DNA of 64,000 nucleotides from Picochlorum sp. SENEW3 (taxonomy: Eukaryota), in contig CP120460.1 in the NCBI GenBank assembly GCA_034226945.1, forward strand, positions 682,001-746,000, written 5' to 3'. Made by a program: the position numbers and the translations under genes. The notes below the pieces were generated by a model. It saw only the letters and a list, made by a program, of their open reading frames with translations. It was not told where the DNA came from and ran no database searches. Of the stretch, positions 19,543 through 30,100 are shown in pieces; positions within the stretch are counted from its first letter, which is position 1, and each line of letters opens with the position of its first letter.

Positions 19543-20976
19543 ATGAAATTTCTGAGGATAATCTGGTGCGATGTAACCGGTATTCGGCGTTGCAGGGTCG
19601 TACCGCTTGACGACAGGATTACAAAGTTGGGCGAGGGCGATATAAACATTCCCATCGCCGACTATATACATCATATCAGTCGATTAGCATTAGTGTGCTA
19701 TTTTTTACCCTGCTATGCGGATGAAGTGGTGACAAAGAAAGCGCAGCTCATGGGAGATACACGTCTTCAGCCCTGCGTTTCGGAAATATCTGGAATGTCC
19801 AAGGTCGTGTGGCTTCCGTACTCTCCAGATGCAATAGTTGTATCTGAGATGCTCTCGCTGTCAAGGTTTCCCGGCTCTGATACAGCAGAGCATGTGCAGC
19901 ATGATTGGTCTCCAAGACGGTATTTACAGCTTGCTCTAGAGCGGTTGAAGAGGGAATGTTTGCTGGATATCTTGGTTGGGTTTGAGACTGAATTCATCTT
20001 GCTACAGAATATTGTCGATGAACATGGATACGACACGTATGTTCCTATTGAAACGAGTGCATATTGTCAGACGACAGGTTTTGATACAGTTGCTGATGTG
20101 ATTCGAGACATGTGTACTGTGCTGCAAGCCCATGGTCACCAGCAGGTATTGCATTGCCATGGAGAATCTGCGAATGGCCAATACGAGATCGTGACGGGAT
20201 ATGGAGATGCCTTGACTCAAGCTGATGATTTCATCTTGAGGAAGGAGCTTATTCAGCATGTGGCGCGTACTCATGGGCTGGTTGTGAGTTTTTTACCAAA
20301 GCTTTTTCAGGATCAGGCTGGAACAGCGTCCCATGTTCACATCAGTCTAGTGCCGACATCGGATACCGATAGAGTAGAGTTAGATGATCATGGGCTTTCG
20401 ATACATTTGTCTCGGTTTATTGCGGGTTTGATTGATAATATGCAAGCCCTGGTGCTGCTGACTGCTGGATCGCCAAATTCTTCCAAAAGACTGCTTGATG
20501 GGGCTTGGGCAGGGAGCTGGTCCTGCTGGGGGTTTGATAATAAAGAGGCGCCTTTGAGGGTGATTGATCGGAACCATGTAGAGTATAAAGCGTTTGATGG
20601 GACAGTGAATCCGTACTTGGCAATGACTGCAATTCTGTGTGCGGGTTTAGATGGAATCTCCAGGGGCCAATGTGCGCCTGGTCCAGTTACTGGTGACCCG
20701 AGTGTATTGGACAGTAAACCCGTGACGTGTACGCGACTTCCTCAATCATTAGATGAATCTATACTGTTTTTCTCAGAAAATAGAACGAGGATGGAAACTG
20801 ATGGGTCCGGGATGATTTCTGAATGGTACAGAGCAGTCTGCAGTGATGGTGGCATTCCCAAGAAAGCCTTGGACGAGTTTTTGCATGATTTCTGCGCGAC
20901 AAAAGAAGCAGAGGCAGAATACTTTAGCTCTAAATCTTTTGAAGAAGAAGTTGATATTCTGCGACTACGATATTAA
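19543..20976 (+). CDS. Type-I glutamine synthetase-like protein (FluG/NodGS/gamma-glutamyl ligase-like)
   Basis: RIIWCDVTGIRRCRVVP, GFETEF, HGESANGQYE, SHVHIS, WGFDNKEAPLR, EYKAFDGTVNPYL. Confidence 0.85.
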   Translation: MKFLRIIWCDVTGIRRCRVVPLDDRITKLGEGDINIPIADYIHHISRLALVCYFLPCYADEVVTKKAQLMGDTRLQPCVSEISGMSKVVWLPYSPDAIVVSEMLSLSRFPGSDTAEHVQHDWSPRRYLQLALERLKRECLLDILVGFETEFILLQNIVDEHGYDTYVPIETSAYCQTTGFDTVADVIRDMCTVLQAHGHQQVLHCHGESANGQYEIVTGYGDALTQADDFILRKELIQHVARTHGLVVSFLPKLFQDQAGTASHVHISLVPTSDTDRVELDDHGLSIHLSRFIAGLIDNMQALVLLTAGSPNSSKRLLDGAWAGSWSCWGFDNKEAPLRVIDRNHVEYKAFDGTVNPYLAMTAILCAGLDGISRGQCAPGPVTGDPSVLDSKPVTCTRLPQSLDESILFFSENRTRMETDGSGMISEWYRAVCSDGGIPKKALDEFLHDFCATKEAEAEYFSSKSFEEEVDILRLRY

Positions 20977-21171
20977 TGTAAAGTATTGTCGATGATGGTT
21001 CTGCTCGACAGCCAGTGGTGGTGTATCCAGATCCAAGAAGACCCTTGGATGACATGTACAGACAGATCTTCTTCAGAAAGCGTGCGGAATGATGCGTGAA
21101 GCCAGTAATGCATATTTGAGTTGTTCGTTTTGTATAAAAATTACTACAGTAGTTCTTTTTAGTACATCATC

Positions 21172-21957
21172 ATGCGGAATATGATGGTGGCTCTGCTTTT
21201 GTTTGCCTCTTGGTGTGCTTTTGGTCTGCCAGTATTTGCTGTAGAAAGCAGCAGTGAGTGGAGTTGGAAGTGCCAATACCCTGGGAAATGGGCCTTTTGC
21301 TCACTTGTGTGTGATCAAGGTTGTATAGAAGGACCTAATGGATTTCCAGGTATGTGTGGTCGTATCGTTATGGGTGCTTGAATTGACTCTTTGAATCGAT
21401 TCATCAATGAGCCTGCAGGGGGCTGTGGATTCTGTAAATTCTGTGATCCATCTGCCCGGCCACCACCTGAATGTGTCGTCTCGCTTGAGGAAGCATCCAG
21501 ATCATTTAATATGTCTTCTGAGATTGTCCAAGGACAACCTGGAAAGATTGTGAATGCTAGCATAGTTGTTCAGGATGTCAATTCCTGGTTTGAAAGCCGA
21601 GGTCCCAACCTGCCACCTCCTATCACAACCGCCGTCCAGTGCGCGAAATCTTGTATGGAGCATGAGGAAATGTGCAATGCGTGGGAGTTTTGCTACTCTG
21701 CACAAGGATGTGGAGAAGCAGGAGAATGCTCTGTTGTGGGACAGGCATCAAATATAACTGATTCGTGCACAACATTAGGCCCGTATGGGCTATGTACAGC
21801 GGATGGACGTTTCCCGCCCCTCACCTGCGTCCTCAAAATAGTGGATAATATTACAAACGTTGAAATCGATTCGGAAGTTGACGGATGGACTTCTGGTCTC
21901 ATATCTTTCGAGAATCTAGGATTTGAACCACAGACAAACCTGACATGTCAGTTTTGA
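21172..21957 (+). CDS. Secreted Cys-rich protein with a PAN/apple-like domain
   Basis: Exons 21172-21349 and 21419-21957 (69-nt GTATGT...TGCAG intron, in frame); signal peptide; CAKSC...CNAWEFC...GC motif; no TM. Confidence 0.7.
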
Positions 21958-22079
21958 TTTCTCAATGAGACCCTGCACAGGATGTTTGGAACTTTTTTGA
22001 CATAATATCAGCTAAAATAGTCCGACGAGTGCCTTTCTGCAATATGGAATGAACACGAATATCTTTGTCAAGAATCACT

Positions 22080-24251
22080 TCAACTTCTCTTTTTAATATT
22101 CAAGAATGGATGTGACATGGCTTCATGAACATCAGGACGTTGTTCTTGACGATACATGAGACATTTTGTGATGAAATCCTTGCATTCCGTAGTCACTGAT
22201 GGTTTCGATGGAAACTGCACCTCGCGTGCATTCAGCATGACCTCATTCCGAAGAATCTGTTCCTGACTCAACTCATGGCCAAACGGTCTCCTGCTGTACA
22301 GCATTTGGTACAGTATCACACCTACTGACCACACATCTACCTTGTTTGATATCAAAGGTGTCCTGTTGATATCGAAGCATTCAGGTGGGAGGTACCAGTA
22401 TGTTCCAGCACCTTGGCTGGTGAGCTCCATCCCCTGTGTATGGCCTTCTTCAACAACCTTGCTGAGTCCAAAGTCCGTGATTTTGCACTGCCCCAACTGA
22501 TCAAATAAGATATTTGCTGGCTTCAAATCATAGTGAATGAATGACCGAGGTTTGACGTTCAGATAGCAAAGTGCAGATAGCACTTGTGCAATGATTGACT
22601 TGGCCTCACGCTCTGGCAAACTCCCATGAGATTTCATGTATCCCTCCAGGTCTCCACCAGAACAGTACTCCAACACAGTAGCAAACGTATTATTATCAAT
22701 CTCAAATATATCTAACAGACTGACAATCCTGGGGTGATGGAGTTGCTTGTGAATATGATATTCTCTCACAGAGTGCTTCACATAAGAGGCCTTTTTAGAC
22801 TCTGACCATTGAGACGACAATTGGTGTATCTTCACGGCGACATATGTGAGACTTCTTAGGTCGAGAGATTTAAATACTTCGCTAAATCCCCCCTTCCCTA
22901 GAAGCTCAAGCAGGAGATACCTCCCATTCAAAATTGGGTGGTTGCCAAAACGCGATGCTTCCTCATCCCTGAGTCTCTTAATCTCTAAAATATGGGCATT
23001 CTTCTCAATCTCTAAACGTTGTCCTTCAGACTTGAGCATCTCTTCCTCCCTACGTATTGCACTCAAGCGAACTTTATATATTTCTTCCTGAAGCATCCAG
23101 TCATCAGGATGGAGCGGGCCTGTGTCAGAACATGCCCCCTTTTGGCAATCCATCTTCTCTGGCAGTGCCTGCCCTGGAAGAGGAAGTCTACGCTTGGTCG
23201 CTTTCCTCATAGTTTCAATCGATTCTTTCTGCTTCAAAAGATTCTTATACTTCTCTTTCAATTCAGTGATTGCTGATCCATTCTCCCACACTTCCTGGAC
23301 ATCAATCCCCTTCCTTTGAACACTCAGAGTTCCCAAACGAGGAGCATCCTCCTGAAGCTTATGCTGTGACAAGGCTCGTTCCTTCTTTGCATTCTCTCGA
23401 GCAAGCTGAGCAACGAAACCCTTAAATCCCTCGGACTGGCTCACAGTTGACAACTTTGAATCAGCAACTTGTTTCTCTAATGATGCCACTGTATCTTCTA
23501 AATGATCACACGCCTTTTGCGTCTGTTTCAAATCTTCTTGGAGATGGCCATTTTCTTTTCTCAACGACTCCACTTCATTCTTCAAAGTACGAAGATACAC
23601 CCCATCATCTCCCACCACCTCCTTGACCAGCTCTCTACGAGATGTCCCATCATCATGCGGCGCAGCCTGAAAGTCAGACATGCCTGTATGTCCTGACTTT
23701 GAAACGAGATATTTTTCGATGCGGTTTCTCTGTTCGATTCCAGGAGACGCCTTGGCTGCCCCATCCAGCTGCCTCTGTCCACTTGGAGACTGCTGCTTCC
23801 TTGTCCTCTCACCACCATACCGAACAGGCTGCTTTTTCACACGCCTTTTCTTCACGTCAACAAGACTAATCTCTTGTTTCAAATTCCTCTTCATGCTCTG
23901 CATACCATCCTCCTCAGCACTCACAGCTGGCGTATCAGACACATGGTGTCCACCACTGCTATTAATGCTCACCACCCCCTGAGAATTCGACTGCATCACA
24001 TCATCCTTTTGATGCCCAATATGAGACTGATGATTGCTTCCAAGCTGAGAATCATGCATTGGTGTGTATGGCTGCAAACCCAACCTCTTCTCCAACAGCA
24101 ACAGCTTGTTTGCCTCAGAGTCTTTGATCCCATTGCTCTCCAACAATGTCTTCATCTCCTCGACCCTATCACTCTCCATCCCATGTTGATCATGATCACC
24201 ATTCTTTGCAGTATCCCTGGTGGGCCTGGCATCGTCCAGCGTTGCACTCAT
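22080..24251 (-). CDS. TLK: Tousled-like Ser/Thr kinase
   Basis: Coiled coil, then LLGKGGFSEV, HYDLKPANILF, MELTSQGAGTYWYLPPECF, ISNKVDVWS. Confidence 0.95.
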   Translation of the reverse strand: MSATLDDARPTRDTAKNGDHDQHGMESDRVEEMKTLLESNGIKDSEANKLLLLEKRLGLQPYTPMHDSQLGSNHQSHIGHQKDDVMQSNSQGVVSINSSGGHHVSDTPAVSAEEDGMQSMKRNLKQEISLVDVKKRRVKKQPVRYGGERTRKQQSPSGQRQLDGAAKASPGIEQRNRIEKYLVSKSGHTGMSDFQAAPHDDGTSRRELVKEVVGDDGVYLRTLKNEVESLRKENGHLQEDLKQTQKACDHLEDTVASLEKQVADSKLSTVSQSEGFKGFVAQLARENAKKERALSQHKLQEDAPRLGTLSVQRKGIDVQEVWENGSAITELKEKYKNLLKQKESIETMRKATKRRLPLPGQALPEKMDCQKGACSDTGPLHPDDWMLQEEIYKVRLSAIRREEEMLKSEGQRLEIEKNAHILEIKRLRDEEASRFGNHPILNGRYLLLELLGKGGFSEVFKSLDLRSLTYVAVKIHQLSSQWSESKKASYVKHSVREYHIHKQLHHPRIVSLLDIFEIDNNTFATVLEYCSGGDLEGYMKSHGSLPEREAKSIIAQVLSALCYLNVKPRSFIHYDLKPANILFDQLGQCKITDFGLSKVVEEGHTQGMELTSQGAGTYWYLPPECFDINRTPLISNKVDVWSVGVILYQMLYSRRPFGHELSQEQILRNEVMLNAREVQFPSKPSVTTECKDFITKCLMYRQEQRPDVHEAMSHPFLNIKKRS

Positions 24252-24767
24252 GTTGGTTCCTTGTCGACGGCAATCTCACCAATCCTCCTCCAAGTACAGT
24301 AGTAGAAATACAAGGACTTGGGGTCTATATGACCGGGATATGAACTTTTTCTTAGGAATATAAAATCAATCCAAGCAGAATAGTACCGTCAGTCCAGTAT
24401 TTCCTGAATTCGAAAATTCAAAAATCTGGACACTTGCTTGGATGTGAGAGAGAATTCTCCGCAACTGATGGTACGATTTCTATCAGAATCTCATCCGAGT
24501 GCGTATGAGTATAATTCTAAAAGGAAATTAAAAAAACAAAGCTACGCTCAAATCAGCATTGGGCTGTATTGAAAAAAAATACATCCATGCATGGGGAATT
24601 CAAATTCGTTTTAAAACTTCTTTATTACGACATACTCGTGCCGTGTCTCGGCACCATGTATCGCATGGACCTTGAAACACATCTGATTGACTATATAACA
24701 CACTTGATATAGTGACACCAGCACGATCGACAGAGAAAGAATCAATCTGTGGTAGAGAGAGAACGCC

Positions 24768-27092
24768 ATGGACGCACAAACAACCTCTTCACAACAACAG
24801 CAGCAACAAGGGAGCGCGCCAGTGTCCCTTCCATTTATTGATATCAAAGATTCGCCAATTTTTAGGTCCAAAGTGGGTGAATTAGAGCGAACAAGTGCTG
24901 CTCTGTCCAACAGAACGAGAAAGTTGTTGCAGGGAGCGTCGCAGTACTGTCAGGCTCTGGATGACGCATTTCAGGCATCCCTTAAATTTTCAGATTGTAT
25001 AGAATCATGCAGTGGTGGGAGTGGCATGGATGGGAGAGGAGGAGATGACGATGTGGGTCTTCAGCTTGGTGGGCCGGTACTTCATAGGTTTGTGCAGAGT
25101 TTGAAAGAAATGTCGTCGTTTTTGGAGCTGTTGCGGACGCAAGTTGAATTGATTATCTGCGATGGGTTGGGAAGCCGATCTGATAGGTTGTATGAATCCA
25201 TCAGGAATGGTGAAAAGCGGTTGCAACAGAAGACATCAGAGTATGATGCAGTTCGGTCCAAGCACCTTGGGCATCATGGGAAGAGATTGGGGCAGAAAAA
25301 CTCAACGACCAAGCAGGAGGTTGTGATACAGGCGAGGGTGGAAGCTGATGAGGCGCGATTTGATTTAGCAAAGGCGTTGGTGAAGGCCCAAGGGGATTAC
25401 AAGTTTGAGGTTATTGAGGCTGTTGCGAATGTCATGCAATCTCAAGTCAAGTATTTTGAGCATGGGCACGCTGTTGCCCAAGGGCTTTTGCCATATATTG
25501 ATGAAAGTTTAAAGTATGTTGAGGCGTTGAAAGAGGACTCCAAGGCGAAGATGGACAAACTTGACGAGTTGATTGAGTATGAGAGAACGTGTTCGAGGGA
25601 GCATGATTTAAAAGTAAGCAGGGCTGAAGAAGAGAGACTCAAGACAGAGTATGGATTGGATGATGGTGATGCAGAAGCTAGTAGTACACAGCAGAAAAGT
25701 AGTAGAAATCTTGCGAGTGAACTGGAAGCTTTAATTCAACAGACAAGAGTGTCAGGTAATGCGTTGGTGACGATTTTGAAGCAAGGGTATCTGTTGAAGA
25801 GGAGTAGCACAATGAGGAACAAGTGGCAGCGGAGATTTTTTGTGCTAGACTCGACTGGTATGTTATATTATTACTCAACAAAATCCGAAGGTATCAATGT
25901 GGGTGATCTGATTCGTAAATCTGGTGCAAATCAGCATCCTCACACAACGGTCAATCTACTGACAGCTGCTGTCAAGCCTGGTTTGCCGGAAGATGAGAAG
26001 CCCGTGCCGTATGCGTTTCGAATAGTTAGCCCAGAGCGAGAGTATTATTTACAGGCAGAAGATGAGATTGACGCATCCTCGTGGATAGAAACGTTGCAGG
26101 GCGTTATTGTTTGTCTGCTTTCTGGTGCTTTTCAGAGCACTGATGTAAAGCGTCCAGAAGTGAATGCAAGCCCGATACGCCCGACTCATAGCAGAGATAT
26201 GAGTGGAGATATGTCTGCGTTGATGGCTAATTTTAATCTGATGGATGAGAAGCAAGATGCGCATCGTCGAGACGGCCCAGATGTGATATTAGCTCAAGTT
26301 CCTGGAAATGATGTGTGTGCGGATTGCAGAGCCAGAAAACCCGAGTGGGGATCGATAAACTTGGGGTCGCTCCATTGCATCGAGTGCTCCGGGATACACA
26401 GGAAGCTAGGTGTGCATGTTTCTAAAATAAGGTCGCTTACGCTTGACACCCGCGTGTGGGATGATTACTTGGTTTCTCTCTTTCAAGTACTCGGGAATGA
26501 TTTTGTGAATAGCATTTGGGAGGCGAATGTGGACGAAAGTATGAAACCGCAGCCCTCGTCTCCGGCATCTGTGAAGGAAGCTTATATTATTGATAAGTAT
26601 GTCAAGAGGACATTTATGGAACCTCGGTCTGGTGATGGCTCATGGAATGATGACCTTTGGGACGGAATCAGGAATAATGATATTTTGACCTGCTATAGAG
26701 CATTGGTTCATTCGGAAGGCGTTCCAAAGAGTCCCGTGCAGCCTGCGAAAATTTTGGCAACCAATATTGGAAGCAAGTTTCAAGAGCATGAGGATTTCAT
26801 GCCGACAGCATTGCATTTTGCCTGCTGTTGTGGCAGTGGTCTCGTCGTGGTGTTTCTTCTTGTGTCAGGGAAATATTCCATCGATGCGCAGGACGGTTCG
26901 GGCCGCACTCCTTTGATGTATGCCTTGTATTTTGACAAGCCTGAGATTGCAAAAATACTTCTTACGTATGGATCCAGTTCAAAGATTGTTGATTTTGAAG
27001 GGTTTACACCATTCACATGGTTGAAGAAAAAATGCCCAAGGTCAATGCAGTGTGCAAGCGACCCGGATTTATTAAAAGATCTCATGAATTAA
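24768..27092 (+). CDS. BAR-PH-ArfGAP-ankyrin protein (ACAP/AGD1-4 class)
   Basis: DSPIFR BAR start; PH domain KQGYLLKRS...WQRRFFVL; ArfGAP CADC...CIECSGIHRKLGVHVSKIRSLTLD; ankyrin GRTPLMYA. Confidence 0.93.
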   Translation: MDAQTTSSQQQQQQGSAPVSLPFIDIKDSPIFRSKVGELERTSAALSNRTRKLLQGASQYCQALDDAFQASLKFSDCIESCSGGSGMDGRGGDDDVGLQLGGPVLHRFVQSLKEMSSFLELLRTQVELIICDGLGSRSDRLYESIRNGEKRLQQKTSEYDAVRSKHLGHHGKRLGQKNSTTKQEVVIQARVEADEARFDLAKALVKAQGDYKFEVIEAVANVMQSQVKYFEHGHAVAQGLLPYIDESLKYVEALKEDSKAKMDKLDELIEYERTCSREHDLKVSRAEEERLKTEYGLDDGDAEASSTQQKSSRNLASELEALIQQTRVSGNALVTILKQGYLLKRSSTMRNKWQRRFFVLDSTGMLYYYSTKSEGINVGDLIRKSGANQHPHTTVNLLTAAVKPGLPEDEKPVPYAFRIVSPEREYYLQAEDEIDASSWIETLQGVIVCLLSGAFQSTDVKRPEVNASPIRPTHSRDMSGDMSALMANFNLMDEKQDAHRRDGPDVILAQVPGNDVCADCRARKPEWGSINLGSLHCIECSGIHRKLGVHVSKIRSLTLDTRVWDDYLVSLFQVLGNDFVNSIWEANVDESMKPQPSSPASVKEAYIIDKYVKRTFMEPRSGDGSWNDDLWDGIRNNDILTCYRALVHSEGVPKSPVQPAKILATNIGSKFQEHEDFMPTALHFACCCGSGLVVVFLLVSGKYSIDAQDGSGRTPLMYALYFDKPEIAKILLTYGSSSKIVDFEGFTPFTWLKKKCPRSMQCASDPDLLKDLMN

Positions 27093-27132
27093 TGCATCTT
27101 TGATTCTTTTTTACTCTATGATAAATAAATAG

Positions 27133-30100
27133 CTAAGTTGACAATATGTTCTCCAATGCTCCAGTCTGCTTAGCAGCAGATGCATTTGCAGAATCTAGAG
27201 CAGTAGAGATCACTCCATGTAAACTTTTCAGAGATGGATACGTGGACGCCGCCCCTTCCAGAAGCGATAAAAGCTGAGACAAAACATCGTGAGGTAAATT
27301 GATCGAACCAACTTTTGGCAAGGCAATGCTAGATGCACTTGTGGTAACTGGGCTCAAGAGTTCCAAGGCCAGCTTTGCTGCCAACTCCAGTTTGCCATAC
27401 TGCAGTAACAGCCGGATCATACCTATACAGTCATTCATTTTACCTTTCGGAGTGCTTTTGCCGGACAGAAATTCGTATTGACACAAATAAGGCTCCAAAA
27501 TCCACGGGGGAATGCCCATGGACGTGTCAGACACAAGGATTGCCTCAACAGCTGCCAACCTCATCTTATCCTGAATAGCATTGCTTACTCCGGTATCGTT
27601 GATGAACGACTTCAGCCTTCTCCAATGTCCACGACTTCCAGATAGGGTTGCATTCTTACTTAAATGGAACACAATTTTCTCCCTAGCCTCTTGAATATCT
27701 GACCACGAAAACACACTTTGAGCAAGATGCCATGCCTCATCATAAAGGGACAGAGACAAAAGTTGAGAGAAGATCTCCTTCTCATTCTTGTTCATCTCAT
27801 AGTTGGGAACAATTGAAGCGATATGAACCAAGGCTTTCACTGAAGCAAGCTCTTTTTGTACACTCCTAATGTCAATCATCTTTGGAATGGTGTACTCTGT
27901 TGTTGCCACAGCATCATCTGAAACAAACTCTCTCACAAATGTCTCTTGATCCAATGGATTCGAATCTTCCAGCCATGCATCTGCGGTACCAACCATCTTC
28001 AAGCATCCCTCTGCCAATGTAAGCATCTTCTGAAGTGATAAAGCTATTTCAAGGCTACCATGGGCACTTTCCTTGACCATTCTTCGGCAATGTGACAGCA
28101 CAGCTGCCGCTGCCGATTGGAAATTTCCACGGGATACGTAAAAATCATAAAGAGCAAGGTACGCTTTTGATTCATCTATTGGCTCTTTTAATGCTTTGTC
28201 CCACAATGCATGAGAAATTTGGTCAAAGACATTTATATTGCCCAAGTCCCTCAGCTCTAAGAGGGGTAGTGTGCACAAGGATATCAGAGCATTCGTCGAG
28301 CCATAGTGGTCGACTAAATTTCTGATGCAGTCTATTTGTCTCTGAGGGTCCAGCATCGAAAGGGCAGCTACATATGCCTCCTGGAGGTGGCCTTCCTCTT
28401 TAAGGATGCTGTATAATTTACCCCAAGCTCGGACAGATTTTCCAACACCCTCGCTGCTTTCCGACCTTTCATATAAACGTGCAGACAAAAGAGTGACATT
28501 TTTAAAGCTTTCATTGCAACCTAAGCGCTCGAGAATTTCTCCTACAAGGTCAAGATAGTCCTCCTGGGACAAGGCATCAAAGGTATCCCAGGAAACACCA
28601 ATCCACCTGCATACTGATTCCAGTGATTCCGAAAGTCTCTTGGAATTCTCTGAAAAATCCGAGCATACTAAGTCCGATGAGAGTAGAATTGACAAGGCTT
28701 CTTGTTCCTGCAAATTTCTGGCATACGAGTCTTTGACACGATGACACATTTTGAGCTGTAAAAATGCTTTGAAAACCTTCATCTCAAAACCTCCTAAGAA
28801 AGGGGTCGCATTAAATATATGCACGAGGGACTCAGTTATATCATCTTGATTTACGATGCGTGCATTCCGCAAGATCGAATGCATTAGCGCAGCTGGAAGG
28901 TGAATGCTCCCCTGTCCCAGTGTGCCAAGCAAGGCATTCCGCAGGCTACACATATCCAGGATATTGCGCACTTCAGAGGGAGCGTTCATGAAACTCAGGA
29001 TAATTTCGTATCCATAAATCTCCTCTTCGTCGCTTTCACGCTTGGCTCGTTTCGAGAATGGCCCTTCCATAAGCACATCCTCCTCTGCCCTCAACACTGG
29101 TATCTGCACTTGTTTCTGAAGACAAACATTCTGCATGCATGCCCAGTGAACATACAGTACAGAGAAGCATTCAGCAAATACTGTATCCAGCTTCTTCGAT
29201 GAATGAGACAGATCCAGCTGCCAAAGACTAGTATTCCCAGAAAAGTATTCCAATGCTACACCAAGTTTTATCAAAAGGTCAAGCCTGGCACTAGCCCACG
29301 AGTGCACTGAGGAATGCATGGCATGCATAGCATCTTTATTGTCTTGAAAACTTTCATCCTCATACTCTTCCCCCACGACACCGCATTTTAATTCTTGTAT
29401 AACATGATCCACAACAGGTCCAATCAAGTCCTGTTCCCAATCATTCAAAACAACCGGGAAATTTCTCAAAACTTTCCTAACAGGCAACGCTTTTCTTCCG
29501 AATTCCACAGCATCAATCCTTACATGTCCAGTAGCAACCTTCACAAGAACTGGAAGAAGTTCCTCCTTTAAATTCACACCCTGTCGAAGCGCGTATAATG
29601 CCATTGAAACAGCAGCAGAGCTGGCAAACACATTCATCACAGCATAAAATTCTGCAACCAAGTCAGCCTCTGAATCCGACATGCGTGCATGATGTCGAAT
29701 TGACTCAAAAGGATCAGCATCAAACAAGTATGATATTTTTCCATCTCGACGGACAACAATGACCGCCTTCTGCTCCGCATCATGCCTTTGGATCACCCTG
29801 ATTGCCAAAGGACAACATTGCCTGTGATACTCAACAAGATATACATCCAGGAATCGAAGACATCGAGAAAAGGGATCCATAGTATCATCATCCAATATCC
29901 AAGATGTCAGGCATGATCGAATATCATGTTGCCCATCATACTCCACCCCCAATACTTGCAATGTAGCCTTCATGGCTGCTGCTGACACATTAAATGGAAG
30001 GAAAACATCGTCTAGAACATAGTTGATCAAGTGCCCTTGTTTCAGAAGAGATCCAATAGCATCAAAGTACATTTTGAGCATCTCTCTGTCCAAGTCAGAC

